From: Parachlamydiales bacterium
GTDB lineage: Bacteria > Chlamydiota > Chlamydiia > Chlamydiales > SM23-39
Assembly (NCBI GenBank): GCA_050302075.1
Contig: JBNLAH010000003.1
Span: 96,001 to 160,000 of the forward strand
Length of the DNA stretch: 64,000 nt
Reading direction: 5' to 3'
Every line of letters begins with the position of its first letter. Position 1 is the first letter of the stretch. Shown piece after piece: positions 19,375 to 29,633 of this stretch. The notes below the pieces were generated by a model. It searched no databases. It was not told the DNA's origin and worked only from the letters and a program-made list of their open reading frames with translations. Position numbers and translations under genes: made by a program.

Positions 19375-19746
19375 AAGCACTACTTGAAAACTTTTCTAAA
19401 ATAAGACAAGCACAAATTAACACCTAGGTTTCTTAAACTTGCTTTGATATAAATCAACAATTTATTTTTCATTTGAAAATAATTTAAATAAAAGCATAAG
19501 ATGCCCTCACTTAATAAAAATTTTAATAAGAGCGCAAATTAAATGTTTATAAGTGAAATAAAATCAAGAATACAAGATACCTTCCAGCAAGTAAGGCAAT
19601 TTCCTTTAAAAAAAGTGTTAAAAATAACAGCTTTGGCAACATTTGCAATGGGTTCAATAAACCAACTCATGGGCAGCAGAAGAATAAGTGATTGCCTTTC
19701 ACCTGATTGCCCAGATATAAACATATCAGATGCTCATCCTATGGAA
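19375..19746 (+). repeat. Diverged tandem duplication, copy 2
   Basis: Homologous to 18455-18911. Confidence 0.85.
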
Positions 19747-21321
19747 ATAGAAGCTGTAGAGACCTTGTTTAAAACAAATAGCATTTTCACAAGAATGTTC
19801 AGCTCAAGCTGGGAAAAACACAGCGAGTTTCTAAGATTCAATATTAAAGGTCCTAAAGAAAAACTTTTTTTGGCCGTCGCTGACCCAAGTACTGATCCAA
19901 ATGGAGCCTTACGACCTCAAAATATACCTCATTTGTTGAAAGAATTTGATAAACATTTTGATCCAAGATATGAAATTGTAGACTCTTTAAAAAAGTTCTG
20001 CAAAGCACTAGAAAATGCTGCTGATTTAAACATAAAAAACGTGGTTCTTGCAGCTCACGGCACCCCTAGTTATATTTCACTTTACTCTCTTTGGCGACAT
20101 ATCCCAAAGTCTATTCTGAGTCTAATTCCAGGAGATATTTTGAATTATTCTTTAATACCTATGCTTGATTGGGGAATTGATACTTCAGCAGATTTTGCCA
20201 GCTGTTTTGCTCCCCTTCCTCCAGATGCCAAGATCTACCTTCTTAGCTGTTCTACCGGAATGCCTCAAAAAAGAGATGATACTATCTTGGAAAAACTAGG
20301 TAATATCATTGAACAATTAATGGGAGAAAAGAAGCAAGATTTCTTTACTCGCTCTATTAATTGGTTAATGGGAAAAGACAATAGAGATCCCTTTAATAAC
20401 ATTGCCCAAGTAATGGCAGACAATGGTAAAAGAATAGTTTTTGCTCCAACTGATGACGTAACTTCTCTAGTTAAATTTTCACGTGAAGATAACACTTTTT
20501 ATCATCCATTTATTACCAGAATAACTGAACATAGAAGATTCATTAACCCTATATCTCTAATAACCCAAACAAATAACTTATACCAAGCTTTCCACCCGCG
20601 TTTTAAAAACTGCTCTCCTTATGTAGACAGACTCTTACTCACTAAATATGAATTAGCTGCTGAAGCGGCTATTAAAGCATCTCTTATAGCCAGGTCTCTA
20701 TTGCATAAAAACAGCCCATTTTTAGAAGAGCATTTTCAAATTTGTGAAGATAATCCAAGAAAAAAAGTAGTAGTCCTTTCAGGTTATGAAGCTGATAACA
20801 GTAGTGAGTTGAACCCCTCTCGCATTACCAAAGTATTAACATCAATAGCTACCGGTTATGATCTTTGGGTAAAGCAAATAATGTATTTTCATCAAATTTG
20901 TGGAGCTGCATTCGAAGCATCAAAAAAAGGAAATGTTGAAGCTGTTGTCATTCATGGAATAAAAAGTAGCAATGGAATGCTTGTATCTAAAGGCTTAGAT
21001 GGGAGGGAAGAGCAAATAGATAGTTCACAAGATTTTCGCAGTTGCTTTTCTGAGCTACCAAGAAATACGAAGATAATTTTTATAGGAGCTCCTTTAGGAA
21101 AAAGCGACCCTTCTGGAATTAATATTCCTCAAAGAATTGCTGACATAACACAAAGAATAGTTGATGCACCAACTTGTGATATTTCCCCAGATAAAATTGA
21201 GATTCAGTCTATGAGCCCCTTAACATTTCACCATCCAGCACATTCTACATTAGACAAGTGGCGCTTTGGCTGCGAAGAAAATGGCGAAAATTTGTTTAAA
21301 AGCTTTTATCCACAAAACTAG
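19543..21321 (+). CDS. Hypothetical protein with two tandem caspase-like (clan CD/DUF4347-like) domains
   Basis: VVLAAHG...IYLLSCSTG...IAQ..AD...R.V.AP; the second repeat has VVIHG...IIFIGAPLG...IPQRIAD..QRIVDAP. Confidence 0.6.
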   Translation: MFISEIKSRIQDTFQQVRQFPLKKVLKITALATFAMGSINQLMGSRRISDCLSPDCPDINISDAHPMEIEAVETLFKTNSIFTRMFSSSWEKHSEFLRFNIKGPKEKLFLAVADPSTDPNGALRPQNIPHLLKEFDKHFDPRYEIVDSLKKFCKALENAADLNIKNVVLAAHGTPSYISLYSLWRHIPKSILSLIPGDILNYSLIPMLDWGIDTSADFASCFAPLPPDAKIYLLSCSTGMPQKRDDTILEKLGNIIEQLMGEKKQDFFTRSINWLMGKDNRDPFNNIAQVMADNGKRIVFAPTDDVTSLVKFSREDNTFYHPFITRITEHRRFINPISLITQTNNLYQAFHPRFKNCSPYVDRLLLTKYELAAEAAIKASLIARSLLHKNSPFLEEHFQICEDNPRKKVVVLSGYEADNSSELNPSRITKVLTSIATGYDLWVKQIMYFHQICGAAFEASKKGNVEAVVIHGIKSSNGMLVSKGLDGREEQIDSSQDFRSCFSELPRNTKIIFIGAPLGKSDPSGINIPQRIADITQRIVDAPTCDISPDKIEIQSMSPLTFHHPAHSTLDKWRFGCEENGENLFKSFYPQN

Positions 21322-21506
21322 CAAAATAATAGGGGGCTAAAAATACGTTTTCTGATTACACCCCCTTAAGATTAAATAGTTCTATTTAAATTTAAAAAAA
21401 CCTCATTCTTGATAAAAAAATTCAAACATTTTGCACTAAATAAAAGTAAATGTAGACAAAAAATATTTTGAACAAAACACTGACGTTTAGCTAGAAGTGA
21501 GGTGTT

Positions 21507-22100
21507 ATGTCCTTTCCAAGGGCGCTTTTAATTTTAGATATGCAAAATGACTTGTGTCATCCTGAAGGTGTCTATGCTAAAAATGGACTAGCCGCTACGC
21601 ATATTCCTGTTATAATCCCTAACGTGGTAAATGTAGTTCACTACTGTCATAAAAATAGAATTCCTGTTATTTCAACACAGCTTACCGTCTTAAGTGATCT
21701 AGATGGTATTGCTATGGGACTTGGAATTTACTCAAAATTAAGACCTTTTTTAGAAAAAGAAGGCTTTAGACCTGATACCTGGGGACATGACCTTCTAGAT
21801 GAAATACCACATGTTGACTACAAAGTAAGAAAGTGGAACCTATCTGCCTTCTATGATACCGAACTAGAAAAATACTTAACATCACTTGGATCTAAAGAGC
21901 TTATTTTAACCGGTTTTACAACCAATGGTCCAGTAGAGACAACAGCAAGAGAAGCCATCTCTAGAAATTACAAAATTGTTACATTAATCGATTGCATTGC
22001 AAGCTATAGTGAGGCTCTACACCAAGCTTCAATCACAAATTTAAGTTCTTTCGGACAAGTCCTAAAAAGTGCAGAATGGATGGAAGGAAATTTAAGTTAA
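21507..22100 (+). CDS. Isochorismatase/cysteine hydrolase family protein (nucleophile Cys apparently absent)
   Basis: ALLILDMQND, K..LSAFY.T.L, GFTTNGPVETTAR; RBS GAGGTG. Confidence 0.85.
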   Translation: MSFPRALLILDMQNDLCHPEGVYAKNGLAATHIPVIIPNVVNVVHYCHKNRIPVISTQLTVLSDLDGIAMGLGIYSKLRPFLEKEGFRPDTWGHDLLDEIPHVDYKVRKWNLSAFYDTELEKYLTSLGSKELILTGFTTNGPVETTAREAISRNYKIVTLIDCIASYSEALHQASITNLSSFGQVLKSAEWMEGNLS

Positions 22101-22103
22101 AAA

Positions 22104-23456
22104 ATGAATATTGTTATTTTAGGCGCGGGCGCTTTAGGATCTTACGTAGCATCTACTCTCGCAAATGAAGAACACAATGTCATATTAATTGATAAAGATC
22201 TAAAAACTTTAAATCGCATATCAAGAGAACTAGATGTAGCAACCGTCAATAGCTCTGGCTCAAAATGGCGAGTTTTAGACGATCTTCTAGAAAATAAGCC
22301 TGATTACTTTATTGCTCTAACCGGTAATGATGAAACAAATCTCGTTACCTGCAATATGGCCAAAAATTTAGGCTTTCCAAATACTATCTGCAGAATTAAG
22401 GAAATTGGATACCTGCTAAGAGAACGCTTGGATTTTGGTAGACTCTTTTTTGTAGATTATTTTATCGCTCCTGAAGTTATAGCCGCAAACGATATACTCA
22501 AATTACTTCTAACACCCAAGGGTGAGAGCATTGAAAATTTTGCCCACGGGGCTGTTCAGATGCGCACTATTACACTTCCTGAAAGTTGGGAAAAAACCAA
22601 TGTTCCCATCCACTCACTTGGATTGCCTGAGGAGATGATTATAGGAGTTATCCGGAGAGAAAAAGAAGATAAAACTAAAGAAATTATCTTCCCTCACGGA
22701 GAAGACCATCTCAAATTCGGTGACGAAATAACTGTATTTGGAGATCCAAATACCATGAGAAATGTGCCAGAATACTTCGGCCTTCCTCCTCTTTATTTGG
22801 ACTCTGTTGTCATCGCCGGAGGATCTACAATCGCGCTTCATTTGGCCAAAATATTAGAAAATCAGGACATCGCAGTAAAAATTATTGAAAAAGATGAAAG
22901 TAGATGTAAGCATTTAGCTGACCACTTAACTAAAAGCATTATATTAAATCATGATGCCAGCGAGTTCTCTTTTCTGCTCTCTGAAAATATTCAAGAAAGT
23001 GATGTTTTTATAAGCTGTACTAGATATGATGAAACAAATATGTATTTAACCAGCCTTGGAAAAAAAGCCGGCTGCAAAAAAGTAATCTCGTCTATTTCTA
23101 ATATTAATCTTAAAGACACTCTTGAAAAAATTGATATAATCCCTTCAATATCTGAAAAACTAAATCTCTCTAATCGCATTTTGTCATTGATTCATAAAGA
23201 AAAAGTGTTGTCAGTCACATCTCTTTTTGCAGAAGAGGCAAGAGTCGTTGAAATGAAAGTTTCTGAAGAATCCAAACTTATTGGAACCCCTTTAAAAGAC
23301 TTGTCAGGTAAAATCCCTAAAGAACTAATTATTGCAGTCATAGAAAATAAAGGGAAGGTAATGATAGGAAAAGGAAATAGAATTATATCACCAAATGACA
23401 CCGTAATCATTGTTTCCTCTCCTAAAAATATTAAAGAACTTCAAAATATTTTTTAG
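22104..23456 (+). CDS. trkA: Trk system K+ uptake protein, NAD-binding subunit
   Basis: GAGALG, DETNL, two RCK_N/RCK_C modules, 450 aa, adjacent to trkH. Confidence 0.93.
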   Translation: MNIVILGAGALGSYVASTLANEEHNVILIDKDLKTLNRISRELDVATVNSSGSKWRVLDDLLENKPDYFIALTGNDETNLVTCNMAKNLGFPNTICRIKEIGYLLRERLDFGRLFFVDYFIAPEVIAANDILKLLLTPKGESIENFAHGAVQMRTITLPESWEKTNVPIHSLGLPEEMIIGVIRREKEDKTKEIIFPHGEDHLKFGDEITVFGDPNTMRNVPEYFGLPPLYLDSVVIAGGSTIALHLAKILENQDIAVKIIEKDESRCKHLADHLTKSIILNHDASEFSFLLSENIQESDVFISCTRYDETNMYLTSLGKKAGCKKVISSISNINLKDTLEKIDIIPSISEKLNLSNRILSLIHKEKVLSVTSLFAEEARVVEMKVSEESKLIGTPLKDLSGKIPKELIIAVIENKGKVMIGKGNRIISPNDTVIIVSSPKNIKELQNIF

Positions 23457-23465
23457 GAGCCTATT

Positions 23466-25097
23466 GTGCATTATCGGGAACTTTCTAGAGTTATTGGGAA
23501 CTATCTCTTTTATTTTTCAATTGTTCTGTGCATCCCGCTTATTCTTTCTCTCTATTTTGATTTTTTCAGCTCATCAACCTACCCAAAAAGCTCACTGGAG
23601 TTTTTAGAAACGATTGGCTTGTGCATAATTATTGCTATGACTTTCAAATTCTTTGGCCGAAAAGCAAAAGGTGTTATTTTTCGAAGAGAAAGTATCTTGC
23701 TAGTTGTAATTGTTTGGTTCATATCCTCAATTATTGCAGCACTTCCATTCTATCTAACAAAAACACTTGAAAGGCCTGTAGATGCTTACTTCGAAGCAAT
23801 GTCCGGATTAACAACAACCGGCGCATCTGTTATGTACCCAAAAAAATTTAACAAAGAAGGCGAAGAAGTTCCCATCGTTATATCTAGTATTCATGTCCCC
23901 GAAAAAACATATTCTTTTTACGGGACAATAACCCCTATAAGAGGGCCAAATAATGAAATTATAAAAGAAGGGCTAGAAGCTGTCAGTAGACCAGTCTTAT
24001 TTTGGAGATCACAACTGCAGTGGCTCGGAGGGATGGGAATTGTAGTTATATTCTTGACTGTTCTACCAGCCTTGGGAGTTGGAGGAAAGTTTCTCTATCA
24101 AATGGAAATTACTGGGCCAGTTAAAGAATCTATCTCACCTAGGATAAAAGAGACTGCCTCTCTTCTTTGGAAGCTCTATCTAGGACTTACTATTCTTGAA
24201 ATCTTTCTACTGAAAATTGTGAACACAAAGATGCCCATCTATGATGCTACCTGCCTTGCTCTTTCCAACATTTCCACTGGTGGCTTTTCAATCAACTCTC
24301 AGAGTGTTGGGTTTTATAATCATGCCCCAACTGAGTGGGTTGTTTTAATTTTTATGATCCTGGGAAGTATTAACTTTGGCCTTTACTTTCATATTATTCG
24401 ATTAAAGTTCTACAAGATTTATTCGCCCGAATTTTTTCTATTTACCTCTTCAATTATAGTTGGTACATCTTTAATCGCCTTATTTCTTTCAGGTAACCCG
24501 ATTCATTTCTTCGCCAAAGATGCTACAAACTCAGTTCATGATTTAGTGAGAGCATCTGCTTTTCAGTCTATTTCGGCTCAGACATCTACAGGATTCACGA
24601 CAGCCAATTACGACTTGTGGCCCTTCCCAACTCAAATGTTTATGTTAATCATAATGTATTTAGGTGGGATGGCAGGAGCTACCTGTGGAGGGATCAAGAC
24701 AACTAGATTTTACATTCTTTATAAAATAATAATAAACAAACTAGAACAGATATTCAGGCCTGACAGAATTAAAACTCTAAAAATTTCAAAATTAGAGGTA
24801 GACGACTCTACAGGAATTACTGCAATTGCCTTTTTTGCTGTGGCCATCCTTATTGGCGTTTTTGCCACAGTTTTATATACTCTGAACAATGTTGACCCCG
24901 AGACTTCACTAGGCCTTTCATCATGTATGCTAAATAATACCGGAATAGCTTTTAGAGCAGCCGGCCCTACAAACTCTTTTGCATTTTTATCTGATTTTTC
25001 TAAACTAATATCTTGTTTTTGGATGGTGATGGGAAGACTAGAGTTTTTTGCCATTTTACTTTTATTTTTACCCGTATTTTGGAGAACCTCTTCATGA
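23466..25097 (+). CDS. trkH: Trk system K+ uptake membrane protein
   Basis: FEAMSGLTTTGA, QWLGGMG, STGGF, TSTGF, T.GGIK, GRLE motifs; GTG start after GGAG. Confidence 0.93.
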   Translation: MHYRELSRVIGNYLFYFSIVLCIPLILSLYFDFFSSSTYPKSSLEFLETIGLCIIIAMTFKFFGRKAKGVIFRRESILLVVIVWFISSIIAALPFYLTKTLERPVDAYFEAMSGLTTTGASVMYPKKFNKEGEEVPIVISSIHVPEKTYSFYGTITPIRGPNNEIIKEGLEAVSRPVLFWRSQLQWLGGMGIVVIFLTVLPALGVGGKFLYQMEITGPVKESISPRIKETASLLWKLYLGLTILEIFLLKIVNTKMPIYDATCLALSNISTGGFSINSQSVGFYNHAPTEWVVLIFMILGSINFGLYFHIIRLKFYKIYSPEFFLFTSSIIVGTSLIALFLSGNPIHFFAKDATNSVHDLVRASAFQSISAQTSTGFTTANYDLWPFPTQMFMLIIMYLGGMAGATCGGIKTTRFYILYKIIINKLEQIFRPDRIKTLKISKLEVDDSTGITAIAFFAVAILIGVFATVLYTLNNVDPETSLGLSSCMLNNTGIAFRAAGPTNSFAFLSDFSKLISCFWMVMGRLEFFAILLLFLPVFWRTSS

Positions 25098-25867
25098 AAA
25101 GCATCTTATTTCAGATAAAATCAGATTTTTCACTTGAATCAGCTATGAAAGAAGCTGAAAGTATTGGACTTCAAGATATATTTGTAATTGAAGATACCGC
25201 AACAGAAGATAAATGGATTGGCGGCCTTATATCTGATACCCCAAAAGAAGACTCTCTAGTTTCCCTCTTATTAAGAGGCCCAAATGAGGTCAATTGGAAA
25301 TGCCAGTGGGAAACTTTTGCAGAAAATTTTCAAAATGGAATGGCGCATATTGACCTAGCTCAATTTGGTTTTAATAAGACTCTTTATCTTACGCCAGGAG
25401 AAGGATTTGGAGACCTCTCTCATGCAAGCACATACTTAATGCTAGATCTAATGAAAGATAAAGTAATTGATCAAAACATAATCGATATTGGCGCTGGAAG
25501 CGGCATACTTACCTTAAGTTCAATGCTAATGGGCGCTAAAGATGCTTTTGGTATTGAAATAGACTTAGCCTCCTTAAGACATGCCGAAAAAAATGCCCTA
25601 AAAAATGGACTGAACAGCCTTTTTTCAATGAATCTAGATAAACAAAAAATCAAACCTAATAGCGTTTTTCTAATGAATATGACACTAAATGAACAAGCTA
25701 AATTCATGGAAGAACATCCTGATTTAAATGGCTTTGCACAGTGTTGGATCACATCGGGAATACTCAATGAACAAAAAAATAAATATCTCGAAATGACCAA
25801 AAATTGGGGCTGGAAATTACAAAAAAGTTCCAAAAAAGGCAAATGGCTTGGTTTCATTTTTTCTTAG
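25094..25867 (+). CDS. prmA: Ribosomal protein L11 methyltransferase-like
   Basis: PGEGFGDLSH.ST, IDIGAGSGIL, SGIL, W.G motifs; ATG at 25094 overlaps the trkH stop (ATGA). Confidence 0.8.
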   Translation: MKSILFQIKSDFSLESAMKEAESIGLQDIFVIEDTATEDKWIGGLISDTPKEDSLVSLLLRGPNEVNWKCQWETFAENFQNGMAHIDLAQFGFNKTLYLTPGEGFGDLSHASTYLMLDLMKDKVIDQNIIDIGAGSGILTLSSMLMGAKDAFGIEIDLASLRHAEKNALKNGLNSLFSMNLDKQKIKPNSVFLMNMTLNEQAKFMEEHPDLNGFAQCWITSGILNEQKNKYLEMTKNWGWKLQKSSKKGKWLGFIFS

Positions 25868-26019
25868 GCGGGGAAAAAAAGAATCTGCTTAATAATTTGT
25901 GATTTTGGTCGAACCAAATGTCTAAACAATAATTGTAAATCTAACCATTTTAAGTAAGGTTTTCCAAGGTTTTTTAGAGCATGATACATGTTGAATCCAT
26001 CAACAAAACAAATGACTCT
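25864..26019 (-). pseudogene. NYN-domain (PIN-like RNase) gene remnant, N-terminal 51 codons only
   Basis: Translates RVICFVDGFNMYHALKNLGKPYLKWLDLQLLFRHLVRPKSQIIKQILFFPA*; matches the NYN start (.DGFN.YH ... KWLD ... YF.A); preceded by in-frame TAA TAA and lacks a start codon upstream of the motif. Confidence 0.7.
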
Positions 26020-26191
26020 TTATTATATTGTACCCAAAAAAACCGCAGTTCACAAAGTGGTTCAACTGAAGTTTCACGTTATCTTTCGTTTTTTTTAATT
26101 TTTTATTAGAGAGAGCACAACTTACAAATAAAAATTATGTTGTTATTTTACAGGAAAAGAGGCGAAAAGATCAGGAGTTTAAGGTTTTTAT

Positions 26192-26221
26192 AAAAAAGGC
26201 CGGATAAAAAATCCGGCCTTT
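26192..26221 (-). terminator. Intrinsic terminator of groESL
   Basis: AAAGGCCGGAT/ATCCGGCCTTT perfect stem followed by a U-run on the minus strand, just after the groEL stop. Confidence 0.9.
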
Positions 26222-26243
26222 AACTTGATGGAAAAGATGTCTA

Positions 26244-28234
<1,991 letters not shown>

Positions 28235-28262
28235 ACAAAACTCCCTTAAATTTCAATCGGCT

Positions 28263-28291
28263 ATTCTATTTCTGTATGAATTTATTGTCAA
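28263..28291 (-). promoter_or_regulatory. Sigma70/sigma66 promoter of groESL
   Basis: Minus strand TTGACA (28291-28286) - 17 nt - TAGAAT (28268-28263). Confidence 0.8.
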
Positions 28292-28303
28292 TTGAGACCT
28301 GTC

Positions 28304-28340
28304 AATTATTAGCAATTCAGTTGGTTTATTGCTAATAATT
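28304..28340. promoter_or_regulatory. CIRCE-like HrcA operator
   Basis: TTAGCAATT-N9-TATTGCTAA (28309-28335) versus consensus TTAGCACTC-N9-GAGTGCTAA, inside a perfect 13-bp inverted repeat; just upstream of the groES -35 box. Confidence 0.8.
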
Positions 28341-28350
28341 TATCAAGAAA

Positions 28351-29571
28351 TTAATTGGAGTATGCGTCTATCAAATATTTTTTTCTTTTTTCTCTAAAAG
28401 ATTCAACCTGGCCTTTCTGATAATCTAGCAGTTTCCAAGTAGCATATTTTTCATTTTCTAAGATATTTAATATCTGAGAATTTCCAAGCGCCTTGCAGAA
28501 AAGATCTTTATTTAAGCCCTTCATATTTTTTTCAAATTCTTGAGGGTATAAAGTTTTCAGTATTCCTAAAATTGCAAATTGCACAGTAATTGGCCTATAT
28601 ACTTTGGGATCTGTGATTACAATTTTCACCCCACGGCAAAACTTACCCTTAAAAATCCCATAAAAAGGCTTAAATGAAAAAGGTAGAAAGCGAACTCCAG
28701 GAAGGTTTTGTAAATTCAACTTCTCTGCAAAAAGTTCAGAGTTTACCCAAGGGGCTCCAATTACCTTAAAGGGAAGAGTATAACCAATTCCGATGCTTAA
28801 GATTTTAAGTTCCCCTAAAATCCCTGTCGAGGGGTAATAAAAAGGTGTATCAGGCTCAGGAATATGTGGAGACGGAGGAATCCAATTTAAGCCTGTGTCC
28901 AAATAAGACATGTCTCTTTTCCACCCTTGCATCTCTATAACATTTAAAACACAGTCTACTTTGTACTCTCCTTTAAAATACCTAGCAAGCTCACCAATTG
29001 TCATCCCATGACAATAAGGAACATTTATATAACCAATAAAAGAACGATATTTGGCATCTAAAATAGGACCATCTATTGTATCTCCACCAATTGGATTTGG
29101 GCGATCTAATACTACAATTTCAATATTATACTTAACCGCCTCTTCCATAGCATAGAAAAGCGTAGTTATGTACGTATATGACCTTGATCCGATGCATTGA
29201 ATATCGTAGAACAAGACATCAACATCTTTAAGCATCTCTTTAGTTGGCCTTCTTGTAGCCCCATGCAAAGAATAAATTGGAATTTCTGTATTTTTACTAT
29301 CTTTGACGCTTTCAAACGCATAGTAACTCCCATCAATCCCATGCTCCGGAGAAAAAATTGCTACTAGTTCAAGGTCCTTACACTCTTTAAAAAGTGAAAT
29401 AGATGATCTTAATTTGCTGTCTACCCCTGTGTGATTTGTTATAAGGCCTACTTTTTTCCCTTTATATTTTTTACAAATATCATTTGAGAAAAACACATCA
29501 AGTCCTACTTTTACCGATGAAAAGCACAAGTTTGTAATGCATAAGAAAATTATAAAATTAAATTTTTTCAC
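28351..29571 (-). CDS. DUF1343/NamZ (YbbC) exo-beta-N-acetylmuramidase family protein, exported
   Basis: GLITNHTG, FSPEHG, DIQ.IGSRSYTY, LDRPNP, HGMTIGELA, W.PPSP; signal peptide. Confidence 0.9.
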   Translation of the reverse strand: MKKFNFIIFLCITNLCFSSVKVGLDVFFSNDICKKYKGKKVGLITNHTGVDSKLRSSISLFKECKDLELVAIFSPEHGIDGSYYAFESVKDSKNTEIPIYSLHGATRRPTKEMLKDVDVLFYDIQCIGSRSYTYITTLFYAMEEAVKYNIEIVVLDRPNPIGGDTIDGPILDAKYRSFIGYINVPYCHGMTIGELARYFKGEYKVDCVLNVIEMQGWKRDMSYLDTGLNWIPPSPHIPEPDTPFYYPSTGILGELKILSIGIGYTLPFKVIGAPWVNSELFAEKLNLQNLPGVRFLPFSFKPFYGIFKGKFCRGVKIVITDPKVYRPITVQFAILGILKTLYPQEFEKNMKGLNKDLFCKALGNSQILNILENEKYATWKLLDYQKGQVESFREKRKKYLIDAYSN

Positions 29572-29633
29572 AAATTTTATTCTCTAAGGTATTGCTTTGT
29601 GATATACAATGGATTCGCAAAAAAGACAATCAT

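Noticed and set aside
21331..21367. AGGGGG...CCCCCT possible terminator after the 592-aa gene
   Set aside because: Arms are ~25 nt apart with weak internal pairing and no clear U-tract; too uncertain.
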